DNA of 64,000 bases from an uncultured Pseudomonadota bacterium (GTDB lineage: Bacteria > Pseudomonadota > Alphaproteobacteria > Rs-D84), in contig CADBDF010000001.1 of NCBI GenBank assembly GCA_902793435.1, positions 69,131 through 133,130 on the forward strand, written 5' to 3'. How positions within the stretch are numbered: position 1 is the first letter of the stretch; each line of letters opens with the position of its first letter. Positions 1 through 10,180 of this stretch are shown piece by piece. The notes below the pieces were generated by a model. It searched no databases. It was given only the letters and a program-made list of their open reading frames with translations, and was not told the DNA's origin. The position numbers were made by a program, and so were the translations under genes.

Positions 1-100
1 ATTTGCAGACACTTTTAAATTAAACAGAAAAAATACAACTAATACAACCACATGTTCTTATGTTGTTCGTTGTAATATTTATAAAGAAAAAACAATTCCT

Positions 101-523
101 GTGGTTAGTATGGATTTTTCACAAGATACCGTATTAAATTCTGGTGATGCATTTACAGATTATGTTTTTGACAAAATGTTTGAATTGCAATCTGGCATGC
201 GTGCCACAGTATTATATATTGTGCGTGTTCAATCAAACATTGAAAATCCAGATATCGAAACAGAAACAAAGATTTATTCACATGTGTTTTATCCTGAATC
301 CTATGTAGTGCCGGATTTGACAGGAACCAGTGTTAAATTGAGAGGAAATACCGATAAAAAAGAACGTTGCACACCGGTTAGATTTAATCGTAAAATTCGT
401 ATGGATGTTGGAAACCAAAAAATACGTTTTGGAAATATGCCAGAAGTTATAAACGGTATTAACAGGGTTATAGAAGAAACTGCAAAGTATAATCGTCGGC
501 AACAAAAATGGAAAACAAAGTAA
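101..523 (+). CDS. hypothetical protein, possibly 5'-truncated by the window edge
   Basis: ORF track gives GTG at 101 and there is an ATG at 110. The same frame has no stop codon back to nt 2, so the gene may start upstream of the window. No recognisable motif. Overlaps the queH start by 16 nt. Confidence 0.4.
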   Translation: MVSMDFSQDTVLNSGDAFTDYVFDKMFELQSGMRATVLYIVRVQSNIENPDIETETKIYSHVFYPESYVVPDLTGTSVKLRGNTDKKERCTPVRFNRKIRMDVGNQKIRFGNMPEVINGINRVIEETAKYNRRQQKWKTK

Positions 524-1047
524 AATTAATCTTGATGTCTTGTTGTGCGCCATGCAGCGCTGGCGCAATTAAACAGTTGGCGGAAAAACAAATCCCCAAT
601 ATTGATGATTTTATCGTTTTGTTTTTTAACCCAAATATTTACCCAGATACCGAATATCAAAAAAGACTCGCCGAACAGATTAAATACTGCGAAAGTTTAG
701 GGGTTAAATATGCCGTCGGTAATTATGACCATGATGCGTGGTTGATGGCGGTGCGCGGTCTGGAAAATGAACCTGAACGGGGGGCGCGGTGCAGTAAATG
801 TTTTGCGTATCGGTTTTGCTTTGCGCGTGAATTTGCAATTAAAAATGGATATAATGCTATCGCGTCTGTGTTTGGTGTATCGCGTTTCAAAGACCAAAAC
901 CAAGTAGATGCAGCGGCAGAATCTGCATGTGGTGAGATAAAATATATTCCTGTTAAATGGAACGAAGATTTACGGATTCAAATAAATCGTGCAACTGATT
1001 TTTATCGTCAAAAATATTGCGGCTGTGAATTTTCCATGCGCAAGTAA
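508..1047 (+). CDS. queH: epoxyqueuosine reductase QueH (DUF208 family)
   Basis: N-terminal LILMSCCAPCSAG and C-terminal YRQKYCGCEFS cysteine clusters typical of DUF208/QueH. Size is 179 aa. Confidence 0.75.
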   Translation: MENKVKLILMSCCAPCSAGAIKQLAEKQIPNIDDFIVLFFNPNIYPDTEYQKRLAEQIKYCESLGVKYAVGNYDHDAWLMAVRGLENEPERGARCSKCFAYRFCFAREFAIKNGYNAIASVFGVSRFKDQNQVDAAAESACGEIKYIPVKWNEDLRIQINRATDFYRQKYCGCEFSMRK

Positions 1048-1110
1048 TAAAAATTTGATTTTTACTATATTTTTTCTATAATTTGCGTATATAAAACAAG
1101 GAATAAAATT

Positions 1111-1986
1111 ATGTCGTCGATATTTGTTTTTCCAGGTCAAGGTGCGCAAATCGTTGGTATGGGTGCGGAACTCTATAAAACCAATGCCGCGGCACGCGCC
1201 GTTTTTGACGAGGTTGATTCCGCGTTGGGCGAAAATTTATCAAATATTATTTTCAATGGTCCCATGGAAGATTTGACATTAACACGCAATGTGCAACCGG
1301 CAATTATGGCGACATCTGTCGCAATGTATCGCGCATCTGGGTTGCCTTTACCTGACTTTGTTGCTGGACACAGTTTGGGCGAATACACTGCGCTGACGGT
1401 GGCGGGTGCAATATCGTTGGCGGATACAGCACGCCTGTTGCGCGCACGCGGGAACGCAATGCAGACTGCGGTGCCGGTTGGACGCGGTTTAACATCGGTT
1501 GTGTTGGGTTTAGACGCTGATATCGTTCGTGAAATTTGTGAATCAACCGATTGCGACATGGCAAACGATAATTGTCCAGGCCAGGTCGTAATTTCTGGAT
1601 TAAAAGAATCAGTCGAGGTAGCAAGTGAAAAATTAAAAGACGCCGGCGCACGCAGGGTTATGCCTTTGGCTTTGTCGGCACCGGTGCATTGTCGTGTTCA
1701 GGCACCTGCGGCTGATGAAATGCGCAAAGTTTTCGAAAATGTCAAAATTTCAACACCAAACGCAAAATGGATTTCAAACAAAACTGCAAATGTTATTTCA
1801 AACCCTGACGAAATCCGCGATGCGTTAATTTATCAAATGACCAATACTGTGCGGTGGCGCGAATCTGTGTTGGAAATGGTTAATTTGGGAATAAATTCCG
1901 CCACAGAAATAGGCCCAGGAAATGTCCTGTCTGGTTTAATTTCACGCACAACTGATAAAATAAATGTTCAAAAATTAGAGGTTTAA
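1111..1986 (+). CDS. fabD: malonyl-CoA:ACP transacylase
   Basis: FPGQGAQ near the N-terminus and the GHSLGEY active-site serine motif. 291 aa, in a fab gene neighbourhood. Confidence 0.9.
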   Translation: MSSIFVFPGQGAQIVGMGAELYKTNAAARAVFDEVDSALGENLSNIIFNGPMEDLTLTRNVQPAIMATSVAMYRASGLPLPDFVAGHSLGEYTALTVAGAISLADTARLLRARGNAMQTAVPVGRGLTSVVLGLDADIVREICESTDCDMANDNCPGQVVISGLKESVEVASEKLKDAGARRVMPLALSAPVHCRVQAPAADEMRKVFENVKISTPNAKWISNKTANVISNPDEIRDALIYQMTNTVRWRESVLEMVNLGINSATEIGPGNVLSGLISRTTDKINVQKLEV

Positions 1987-1989
1987 TTT

Positions 1990-2919
1990 ATGGCTGGTAA
2001 AAATATTTTTAATATTTCATTTCAAGAAATTGTTTCATCAGATAGATGCAGCACCACAGATAAAATATATTCTGTTAATGTGGGCGATTTAGTTGCTGGA
2101 AAACTGGTGGTACCAAATGACACCAGATTTGTTTTAAACATTTTGTTTGAAGATAATTTTAATAACCATTATCTTAAAACCAGAATTTTAAACGAAACAC
2201 AAAAAAAATTTCATCGTGATATTTTGTTTGTAAATAAACAAGGAAAAGAAAAATTATTTTCAAAACCAACAAATTCATCAAAAACACAACAAAAATCTCA
2301 GTGGAAACGATATTATAATTTTGTGAATAAATACATGGGAAAATATCGCGAATATAACGATAAAAATCAACCTTGTGTGGAATTGGTGTTAAAGAAAGTT
2401 ATTAGTCAAAAAGACGCAATTTTTGCAATCAAAGAATTTTTGAAAAAATATTCTGTGGTTAGATTGACTATCACACAACATTCAAAAAATCCTGTGGATT
2501 TTAAAAGGTCTTTTGGTGATAAAGATATCAAAGTCATGGTGTTATCAATATTGTTATCGAACCACGAAACAACAGAAAAACATTTCAGCGATACAAAACA
2601 TGTTGAAACAATGTTGCAAAATCCAGATTCAAAAATTGTTGAACAAGAATCTGTGGCACAAACCAATATACCAAAAATTCCTGAACATATTGACCCTATT
2701 GTTTTATCAAAAACACTAACACTGACAATGAATCAAAAACAAACCATAGAATCTGCACAAAAACGCGCACAAATCATGGCAAATTTACAATATGTTTGTG
2801 TTAAACTGTTGGATAAAAACGGTAAATTTGTATGCAATATTTATCCACAAAATGTTGAAGAAATGCGCAAAGCACGTATTGAAGAAATAAAAAAACACTT
2901 GGCAATGCGCCAATACTAA
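1990..2919 (+). CDS. hypothetical protein, Lys/Asn-rich, no recognisable domain
   Basis: 309-aa ORF that tightly fills the space between fabD (stop 1986) and fabG (start 2934/2937). No motif recognised. Confidence 0.5.
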   Translation: MAGKNIFNISFQEIVSSDRCSTTDKIYSVNVGDLVAGKLVVPNDTRFVLNILFEDNFNNHYLKTRILNETQKKFHRDILFVNKQGKEKLFSKPTNSSKTQQKSQWKRYYNFVNKYMGKYREYNDKNQPCVELVLKKVISQKDAIFAIKEFLKKYSVVRLTITQHSKNPVDFKRSFGDKDIKVMVLSILLSNHETTEKHFSDTKHVETMLQNPDSKIVEQESVAQTNIPKIPEHIDPIVLSKTLTLTMNQKQTIESAQKRAQIMANLQYVCVKLLDKNGKFVCNIYPQNVEEMRKARIEEIKKHLAMRQY

Positions 2920-2933
2920 AAAATGGAGAAAAC

Positions 2934-3665
2934 TTGATGTTCGATTTAACAAACAAAGTTGTTTTGATAACTGGGGCAACCGGTGGCATTGGTGGCGCAA
3001 TCGCAAAACATATGAAAAACGCGGGTGCGACAGTTGTTGTATCTGGACGCAATGTGGCAAAATTAGAACAAGAATTTAATGACGAATATATCAAAATACC
3101 TGCTGATTTGGCAAACGATGGTGCCGCAGTGGAATTGGTTATGGCAACAATTGAAAAATGCGGACGCATTGATGTTTTAATTAACAATGCCGGTATCACT
3201 ATGGATACTTTGTTGGTTCGTATGACCGATGAACAATTTGATAATGTTATAAATACTAATTTGCGTGCCGCATTTAAAACATGTCGTGCTGCGTTAATGC
3301 CAATGATGAAACAAAGATTTGGTCGTATTATAAATATGGCATCTATTGTTGGTGTGGTTGGCGGTGCCGGTCAGGCAAATTATGCGGCAAGTAAAGGCGG
3401 TTTAATTGCGATGACAAAATCAATCGCCGCAGAGGTTGCATCACGCGGAATTACCGCAAACGCAATCGCACCTGGATTTATCGAAACACCGATGACCGAT
3501 GTTTTACCAGACGAATTAAAGAAAAAATATTTGGAACAAATACCGGCCGGTCGTTTTGGCAAACCAGAAGATATTGCAGCGGTGTGTGTATTTTTAGCAA
3601 GTGACGAAGCGGCATATATCAATGGTCAAACAATTCATGTAAATGGTGGTATGGGACGGTTTTAA
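2934..3665 (+). CDS. fabG: 3-oxoacyl-ACP reductase
   Basis: TGATGGIGGAIA Rossmann motif, NNAG, and the YAASKGG Tyr-x3-Lys catalytic motif. 243 aa. The ATG at 2937 is the likelier start than the TTG at 2934. Confidence 0.9.
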   Translation: MMFDLTNKVVLITGATGGIGGAIAKHMKNAGATVVVSGRNVAKLEQEFNDEYIKIPADLANDGAAVELVMATIEKCGRIDVLINNAGITMDTLLVRMTDEQFDNVINTNLRAAFKTCRAALMPMMKQRFGRIINMASIVGVVGGAGQANYAASKGGLIAMTKSIAAEVASRGITANAIAPGFIETPMTDVLPDELKKKYLEQIPAGRFGKPEDIAAVCVFLASDEAAYINGQTIHVNGGMGRF

Positions 3666-3668
3666 TTT

Positions 3669-5318
3669 ATGCAAAATTTTGATGTAATTGTTATTGGTGG
3701 GGGACATGCCGGGGTTGAGGCCGCAGGTGCGGCAGCGCGGCGCGGTGCAAAAACTTTACTGATAACAATGCGTGAAAGCGATATTGGCGCGATGTCATGC
3801 AATCCGTCAATTGGCGGACCGGGCAAATCACAAATGGTTGCAGAAATGGCAGCATTTGGCGGTGTTATGCCACGTGCGGCGGATAGTGCAGGAATCCATT
3901 TTCGTATGCTGAATGCATCACATGGGGCGGCGACACGCGCGTTGCGTGCGCAAATTGACCGCGATTTATATCATAAATCTGTTATGCGTATTTTAAAAAA
4001 CACTAAAAATTTAACAATTTTATTTGATAAGGTCACATTATTAGATTTACAAAAAAAGACCGTAAATAATGCGTATAGCGCGCATGCGATTATTTTAACC
4101 ACAGGAACTTTTTTAGGCGGACTGGTGACGCGCGGCGGCGAAAAAATTCCGTCAGGTAGATTGATGGACAATGGCGAATACCAAGAAAATGATTCCGGTA
4201 TTTCATCTGTGTTGCGTGAAAATGGTTTTGATTTAATGCGGTTGAAAACCGGAACACCTGCGCGTATTTATCGTGATTCTATTGATTTTTCGGGTCTGGA
4301 AGAACAACCGGGTGACGCGCCACATGATTGGTTTATGTTTGGCGATGAAAATAACAATTATAATGAAAAATGTTTTATTACGCACACCACAGGTGAAACA
4401 CACCAGATTATTCGCGATAATATAAAATTTGCACCAATGTATAACGGCGATATTCGTGGAACCGGCCCACGTTATTGTCCAAGTCTGGAAGATAAAGTTA
4501 TGCGTTTTCCAGAACACACCTCGCATCATGTTTTTTTAGAACCCGAAGGTTTAAATAGTGATTTAATTTATCCAAATGGTATATCAACTTCGTTTGGTGA
4601 TGATATCCAAGACAAATGGATTCGCACAATTCCAGGATTAGAAAATGCACGTATTGCACGTTACGGATATGCGATTGAATATGATGCAATTGATGCGCGA
4701 AAATTGAAATCCACATTGGAATCCAAAGATATTGCGGGACTCTTTTTCGCAGGACAAATCAATGGAACATCTGGATACGAAGAGGCCGCCGCCCAGGGTT
4801 TAGTTGCGGGCGCAAATGCCGCGGCACATGCATTAAATTTAGGTAATTTAGAGTTAATGCGTACGAATTCTATGATTGGGGTTTTAATTGACGATATTAC
4901 AACTTTGGGGGTTGATGAACCATACCGCATGTTTTCATCTCGTGCAGAATACAGATTATTATTGCGCGCAGATAACGCAATTAAACGGCTGGGAAAAATT
5001 GGTGTTGAATTAAATTTGATATCAAATGATGATTACGAAAAATTATATAATTTACGCAAAATCGAAATTGATGAAAACGATAAAATGTATGCTGGGTATA
5101 TCGCACGAAATGAACGCGAAATAGAATCTGTGAAACGCGATATAAATTTAAAAATTCCATCGAACATGGATTATACAGGCATGCCGGGACTGACCAACGA
5201 ATTGATTGAAAAATTAAATAAAACACGCCCTGAAAATATTGCGGCATTGTCAAGAATCCCAGGTATGACCCCGGCTGGTATTATGGTTGTTTTGCGTAAA
5301 ATAAAATCAAATAAGTAA
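3669..5318 (+). CDS. mnmG: tRNA uridine 5-carboxymethylaminomethyl modification enzyme MnmG/GidA, short form
   Basis: [19 protein letters not shown] motif, [18 protein letters not shown] and [19 protein letters not shown]. At 549 aa it is about 70-80 aa shorter than typical MnmG, and the missing part is in the C-terminal helical region. Confidence 0.88.
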   Translation: MQNFDVIVIGGGHAGVEAAGAAARRGAKTLLITMRESDIGAMSCNPSIGGPGKSQMVAEMAAFGGVMPRAADSAGIHFRMLNASHGAATRALRAQIDRDLYHKSVMRILKNTKNLTILFDKVTLLDLQKKTVNNAYSAHAIILTTGTFLGGLVTRGGEKIPSGRLMDNGEYQENDSGISSVLRENGFDLMRLKTGTPARIYRDSIDFSGLEEQPGDAPHDWFMFGDENNNYNEKCFITHTTGETHQIIRDNIKFAPMYNGDIRGTGPRYCPSLEDKVMRFPEHTSHHVFLEPEGLNSDLIYPNGISTSFGDDIQDKWIRTIPGLENARIARYGYAIEYDAIDARKLKSTLESKDIAGLFFAGQINGTSGYEEAAAQGLVAGANAAAHALNLGNLELMRTNSMIGVLIDDITTLGVDEPYRMFSSRAEYRLLLRADNAIKRLGKIGVELNLISNDDYEKLYNLRKIEIDENDKMYAGYIARNEREIESVKRDINLKIPSNMDYTGMPGLTNELIEKLNKTRPENIAALSRIPGMTPAGIMVVLRKIKSNK

Positions 5319-5328
5319 AAGGTGTATC

Positions 5329-5766
5329 ATGAAGGAATCTGATAAAAAAAGAATTTATTACGATTTGCGCAATAATGATGTTCAAAAAAAAGAATATACA
5401 ACACATACCGAATATAGATTTGGGCGTTATAAGGTTAAAGATTTTATATCCTTTGTAGTGATTGACCAAATGTATCCACAATTTAAAAGGATTATTCCAT
5501 GGAACGTCCATGAATTTCAACAAGATGCATATGATATAGGTGTTGCTGTACGATTTAAATATGCAGGAACCCCGTATAATGACCCATATAAAGATATGCC
5601 AACCGATGTTGAAATAAAGGATTTAACAAAATCATTTGGCAAAGAATTATTGAAAACCGCTGACGATTTTTTGCCAGTTGATATGCCAAAGTATCAAGCA
5701 TTACGAACAATTGTCAAATTAAAACAACAATTAAACCGACAATTAAAAGAGTATTACACAAAATAA
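5329..5766 (+). CDS. hypothetical protein
   Basis: 145-aa ORF immediately after mnmG. No motif recognised. Confidence 0.45.
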   Translation: MKESDKKRIYYDLRNNDVQKKEYTTHTEYRFGRYKVKDFISFVVIDQMYPQFKRIIPWNVHEFQQDAYDIGVAVRFKYAGTPYNDPYKDMPTDVEIKDLTKSFGKELLKTADDFLPVDMPKYQALRTIVKLKQQLNRQLKEYYTK

Positions 5767-5813
5767 AAGCGCTTGAAAATTGCGATTTTGTCGGGTATAT
5801 TATACGCGCATAT

Positions 5814-5889
5814 GCCGGAATAGCTCAGTTGGTAGAGCATCTCATTCGTAATGAGGGGGTCGCAGGTTCGAATCCTGTTTCCGGCACCA
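5814..5889 (+). tRNA. tRNA-Thr (anticodon CGU)
   Basis: Hand-folded cloverleaf. Acceptor GCCGGAA/TTCCGGC, D arm GCTC-AGTTGGTA-GAGC, anticodon stem TCTCA/TGAGG with loop TTCGTAA, T arm GCAGG-TTCGAAT-CCTGT, and an encoded CCA. Confidence 0.9.
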
Positions 5890-5898
5890 CAAATAAAA

Positions 5899-5923
5899 AC
5901 CGGCAAATGCCGGTGTTTTTTTT
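5899..5923. terminator. bidirectional rho-independent terminator
   Basis: Hairpin ACCGGCA-AAT-GCCGGT followed by T9 on the plus strand, with an A-run on the other side. It sits between tRNA-Thr (+) and the minus-strand ORF ending at 5922. Confidence 0.7.
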
Positions 5924-6233
5924 AACTTCTTTGTTTGGTTTTATATTCATTCAATCTGGCATCGGCGCACGATTTACATGCCGCATAAACCAATAATGGC
6001 ATTTGGGATAAATCCGTAATTTTTTCGTTATAATCATTGGCATATCTGTCCCAATATGTTGTTTTATCCATATCTTTTTGGGCGGAACAAAATGTTTTTT
6101 TTGCAGAAAACAAACACACAATTGGAACAGTCCAACACAATATAAATGCCAATACCGCACCAGCAGTCGTGCCACCACAAATCAACGCAAAATTTTTAAT
6201 CTTTAATTTTTGTAATTCTCTATCTTTATTCAT
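5922..6233 (-). CDS. hypothetical small membrane protein
   Basis: 103-aa ORF with one clear hydrophobic span (FALICGGTTAGAVLAFILCWTVPIVCLF). No motif recognised. Confidence 0.45.
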   Translation of the reverse strand: MNKDRELQKLKIKNFALICGGTTAGAVLAFILCWTVPIVCLFSAKKTFCSAQKDMDKTTYWDRYANDYNEKITDLSQMPLLVYAACKSCADARLNEYKTKQRS

Positions 6234-6375
6234 ATCTAATTATCCAGTTTTACATAAAAATAGCATTTTTTTATTACATGTCAATTTTTTATAAAAAAAA
6301 ACTGGAAAAAATCAAAAACATATACTAGTATTCTGGTTATGAACAAAAAACAAATAATTATTATTAAATAAACAG

Positions 6376-6418
6376 CACTGCGCTTTGGCGGTGGCTGGGG
6401 CGCGTAGGCGCTTTTTTT
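6376..6418 (+). promoter_or_regulatory. GC-rich hairpins plus T7 in the ileS 5' leader (terminator-like, possible attenuator)
   Basis: CAGC..CGC-TTTG-GCG..GCTG, then GGGCGC-GTAG-GCGCTT followed by TTTTTTT. This lies 27 nt upstream of the ileS ATG, in otherwise very AT-rich DNA. Confidence 0.35.
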
Positions 6419-6444
6419 AATATAAAAAACAAGGAAAATATAAA

Positions 6445-9400
6445 ATGGCATACCCAAAAACAGAAACAAAAACAGACTTTTCAAAACTTGAACGTGAAAT
6501 AATGGAGTTTTGGCGTCGTGATGATACTTTCCATAAATCGTTGAATAAAACAAAATTAGGACATCCGTTTTCTTTCTATGATGGGCCACCGTTTGCCAAT
6601 GGTTTGCCACACTGGGGGCATTTAGGGGTTTCTGCGGTCAAAGATATGGTTTGCCGTTATCATACTATGCGTGGCGAATATGTTGAACGCGCATTGGGTT
6701 GGGATTGTCACGGGCTTCCAGCAGAGGCATCTGTTGAGAAAAAACAAGGTCGCACAGCCAAAGATATTGTGGCATTGGACGGTATTACACATTTTTGTGA
6801 TTTATGCCGCCAGGATGTTATGACATATTCTAATGAGTGGTTAAAGTTTATTGAACGCGTCGGTCGTTGGGTTGATGGTGGCGACGAATTTGGATATCGC
6901 ACCATGGACAGAAACTTTATGGAATCTGTGATGTGGGCAATGAAGGAATTGCATAAGAAAGGTTTGTTATACAAAGATTTCAAAGTTAATCCATACGATT
7001 GGAAATTGGGTACCGTATTATCAAACAGTGAAGCATCAAGCGAATATCAAGACGTCGTTGATGATACTGTGACCGTTTGGTTCGAATTAGAAAATGGCGA
7101 CAGGGCGATTGCATGGACAACAACACCATGGACATTGCCAGCAAATTCTGCATTGGCGGTGAATAATAATATGCGCTATGTTCGTATGAAACACGATGAT
7201 GGACATGTTTATGTTTTGGCAGAAAGTCGCGTTAAAGCATACGAAAAGATTTTTGCAAATTCTGAAAATCTGGGAACGGTTATGGGTGCCGAATTGGTTG
7301 GTTTGCACTATAAACCAATATTCCCATACTATACAGATTTAGCCAAAGACGGTCATGGTTTATACACAATTATTTCTGGCGATTATGTCAGCGACAGCGA
7401 CGGTACCGGTATCGTGCATATTGCACCAGCGTATGGTGAAGACGACTATATCGTTGCCAAGGCAATCGACCCACAATTTCCTGTGATTTTAAATGTTGAT
7501 GATTATGGTAATTTTGATTCAACGGTCACAGAGTGGGCGGGTGAAAATATTTTCGTTGCAAACCCAAAGATTATCGATTGGTTGCGCCAAAATGGAATAT
7601 TGGTTAAAAAAGACCAACATAAACACAGTTATCCATACGGCCCACGCAGTAAAGAAAAATTAATCTATCGCGCAACAGATGCTTGGTATGTTGATGTGCC
7701 AAAGATTCGCGACAGATTGGTTGAAATAACCAAAACACAAACAACATGGACATCCGCGGGTAATCGTTTCTTGTCATGGATTGAAAATGCGCGTCCATGG
7801 GGTATTTCGCGCAATCGTTTCTGGGGTGTGCCATTACCAATTTGGGAACGGGACGGCGAATACAAAATCTTTGGTTCGGTCGCAGAATTAGAAGAATTCT
7901 TTGGTGTAAAAATTGATGATTTACACAGACCAACATTGGATAAATTGGAAAAAGACGGATGGAAAAGAATTCCAGATGTTTTAGATTGTTGGTTTGAATC
8001 GGGTTCTATGCCATTTGCATCTTTGCATTATCCCTTTGAAAATAAAGATTTGTTCGATAAAACTTTCCCGGCGGATTATATTATCGAAGGTCAAGACCAA
8101 ACACGCGGTTGGTTCTATCATTTGATGATTATGTCCGTTGCGTTGTTTGATAAACCTGCGTTCCGCGTTGTATCTGCAAATGGTATGGTTGTAGATGAAA
8201 ACAAACGCAAGTTTTCAAAATCTTTGCAAAACTTTGTAAATCCCGAAGAACAGTTAAACGCGTACGGTGCAGACGCAATTAGACTTTTCATATTGGGCAG
8301 TAATTTCTTGAAAGCAGAACCTGTGCCTGTGGATAAAGAAGGCAAAGTGTTTGTTGATTCAATTAAAACAATTTTGACGCCGTTGTGGAATGCGTACCAT
8401 TTCTTTACATTGTATGCAAATGCAGGAAACGTGACCGCAGAATTAAAAACAACATCTCAAAATGTTTTGGATAAATATATAATTGCTGAATTAAACGAAG
8501 TTATCCGTATTGCAACAAATTCTTTGGACGAATATAAACCAGATGTTGCAATCAAAGAATTTGTTCGTTTCTTGGATGTATTAAACAACTGGTATATCCG
8601 TCGCGGACGCGCACGTTTCTGGGACGAAGAGAAGGACGCATTTAATACCTTGTATTATGTATTGGTGAATTTTACCAAGATTTTGGCACCTTTTGCGCCT
8701 TTTATCAGTGAATATATCTATAAAAATTTAACAGGTGCAGAATCTGTGCATTTGACCGATTGGCCAACAGTTGTGGATGTTGATAACTCTGTTGTCCAAG
8801 ATATGCGCCATGTTCAATCGATTGTTTCGGTTGGAAACCAGTTGCGCGAACAATATAAATTACCAAATCGTCTGCCTTTGCAAGACATGACAATTGCAGG
8901 TAAAAACGCACAACAATATGCCGATATTATCCGCGATGAATTAAATGTAAAGTCTGTAAATTTCGTTGATAATATTGCATCTGTGGCTGATTCATTTGTA
9001 TATTTAATCACACCAAAGATTGGTGCGCGTTTGGGTTCTGCATTAAAAAATATTATTCCGGCTGTGAAACAGGGTAATTACAAAATCGATGGCGATAAAT
9101 TATTGGTTGGTGATTACACATTGAACAGTGACGAATTTGAAAGTCGTTTGACTGTAAAATCTGGTATCACAGGTGCCGCATTACCAGACAGTACCGCTGT
9201 CGTGGTATTAAACACAAATGTCACCCCAGATTTATTAGTCGAAGGTTTGGCGAATAATATATTGCGCTTTATCCAAGATTCGCGTAAAGCCGCAAATCTG
9301 GACGTGTCCGACAGAATCAATTTGGTATATAGCGGTGACAACGATATAGAAAACGCAATCAATACACACCGAGATATGATTGTGCGTAATGCGTTAATTG

Positions 9401-9483
9401 TTAATTTGTCGAAGGCATCAGCCACACAATTTGAAACAGAAATTGACGGACATAAATTCGCAATCAAAATTGAAAAAGCATAA
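6445..9483 (+). CDS. ileS: isoleucyl-tRNA synthetase, type 2 (eukaryote-like)
   Basis: FSFYDGPPFANGLPHWGHL (HIGH region in the type-2 style) and the KFSKSL KMSKS motif. 1012 aa with no C-terminal Cys cluster. Confidence 0.95.
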   Translation: MAYPKTETKTDFSKLEREIMEFWRRDDTFHKSLNKTKLGHPFSFYDGPPFANGLPHWGHLGVSAVKDMVCRYHTMRGEYVERALGWDCHGLPAEASVEKKQGRTAKDIVALDGITHFCDLCRQDVMTYSNEWLKFIERVGRWVDGGDEFGYRTMDRNFMESVMWAMKELHKKGLLYKDFKVNPYDWKLGTVLSNSEASSEYQDVVDDTVTVWFELENGDRAIAWTTTPWTLPANSALAVNNNMRYVRMKHDDGHVYVLAESRVKAYEKIFANSENLGTVMGAELVGLHYKPIFPYYTDLAKDGHGLYTIISGDYVSDSDGTGIVHIAPAYGEDDYIVAKAIDPQFPVILNVDDYGNFDSTVTEWAGENIFVANPKIIDWLRQNGILVKKDQHKHSYPYGPRSKEKLIYRATDAWYVDVPKIRDRLVEITKTQTTWTSAGNRFLSWIENARPWGISRNRFWGVPLPIWERDGEYKIFGSVAELEEFFGVKIDDLHRPTLDKLEKDGWKRIPDVLDCWFESGSMPFASLHYPFENKDLFDKTFPADYIIEGQDQTRGWFYHLMIMSVALFDKPAFRVVSANGMVVDENKRKFSKSLQNFVNPEEQLNAYGADAIRLFILGSNFLKAEPVPVDKEGKVFVDSIKTILTPLWNAYHFFTLYANAGNVTAELKTTSQNVLDKYIIAELNEVIRIATNSLDEYKPDVAIKEFVRFLDVLNNWYIRRGRARFWDEEKDAFNTLYYVLVNFTKILAPFAPFISEYIYKNLTGAESVHLTDWPTVVDVDNSVVQDMRHVQSIVSVGNQLREQYKLPNRLPLQDMTIAGKNAQQYADIIRDELNVKSVNFVDNIASVADSFVYLITPKIGARLGSALKNIIPAVKQGNYKIDGDKLLVGDYTLNSDEFESRLTVKSGITGAALPDSTAVVVLNTNVTPDLLVEGLANNILRFIQDSRKAANLDVSDRINLVYSGDNDIENAINTHRDMIVRNALIVNLSKASATQFETEIDGHKFAIKIEKA

Positions 9484-9490
9484 AAAAACA

Positions 9491-10141
9491 ATGATGACGC
9501 CGGATATTTATTTTCAAAATGTTCCACCAACATTGGATATGAATATCCGGTCTGAATTGTATTCGGTAAATGAATTTACTTTTGCGGTTGCGGTTATATT
9601 ATCTGCCCAGGCGACAGATAAAAAAGTAAATGAGGTAACACCCGAATTGTTCCGCGTTGCACCAACACCAAATAAAATGTTGGATTTGGGAATTGATGGG
9701 TTAAAGAAACATATTCGCGTAATTTCTTTTTTTAACAACAAAGCAAACAATATTATCAAACTGGCTGAAAAACTGGCGGATGGGCAGGGGACAAATTGGA
9801 AATTTCCAGCAAAATATCACGCACGCGATGAATTGATGAAATTGCCGGGGATAGGTCAAAAGACCGCAAATGTTATAACAAATGTTTTGTGGGGCGCACC
9901 CAATATTGGTGTGGATACGCATGTTTTCCGCAACGCACACCGGTATGGTTGGGTTAGTGACGCCGACAACACACCGGAAAAAGTGGAAGCGAAATTGCGT
10001 AAAAAAATACCGGAAAAATATCATGATATTGTAAATCATGTTATGGTTTTGCATGGTCGATATACTTGCAAGGCACTGCGTCCAAAATGCGATATGTGCC
10101 CAGTTCAAAAATGGTGCGATGCAAAGGATAAAAATATATAA
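9491..10141 (+). CDS. nth: endonuclease III
   Basis: LPGIGQKTANVI helix-hairpin-helix and the C-terminal 4Fe-4S cluster CKALRPKCDMCPVQKWC. The ORF-track start at 9398 lies inside ileS. The ATG at 9491, 8 nt after the ileS stop, is used instead. Confidence 0.9.
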   Translation: MMTPDIYFQNVPPTLDMNIRSELYSVNEFTFAVAVILSAQATDKKVNEVTPELFRVAPTPNKMLDLGIDGLKKHIRVISFFNNKANNIIKLAEKLADGQGTNWKFPAKYHARDELMKLPGIGQKTANVITNVLWGAPNIGVDTHVFRNAHRYGWVSDADNTPEKVEAKLRKKIPEKYHDIVNHVMVLHGRYTCKALRPKCDMCPVQKWCDAKDKNI

Positions 10142-10143
10142 AA

Positions 10144-10168
10144 AACACCGGCATTTGCCGGTGTTTTT
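10144..10168. terminator. bidirectional rho-independent terminator
   Basis: ACACCGGC-ATTT-GCCGGTGT flanked by an A-run and a T-run, between convergent nth and the OMP gene. The core is the reverse complement of the hairpin at 5899-5923. Confidence 0.75.
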
Positions 10169-10180
10169 TAAACTTTTTGA

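Noticed and set aside
6281-6610. 109-aa minus-strand ORF overlapping the ileS start
   Set aside because: It overlaps the ileS N-terminus and the AT-rich leader. The translation is Phe/Ile/Leu-rich as expected from poly-A/T DNA, and there is no RBS.
9398-9490. N-terminal extension of nth proposed by the ORF track
   Set aside because: The extension lies inside the ileS coding region. The conserved Nth sequence starts at the ATG at 9491, just after the ileS stop. Similar upstream extensions were trimmed for rpmI (15120), mreC (15012), gyrB (42535), aspS (50022), the platform protein (38748), the PagL-like gene (46943) and the OMP (30168).
5899-10168. Identical 20-nt hairpin core CCGGCAAATGCCGGTGTTTT used at 5899-5923 and, inverted, at 10144-10168
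   Set aside because: Both are ordinary bidirectional terminators between convergent genes. Sharing a short GC clamp in an AT-rich genome is most simply convergent or a common terminator module. I did not promote it to a finding.
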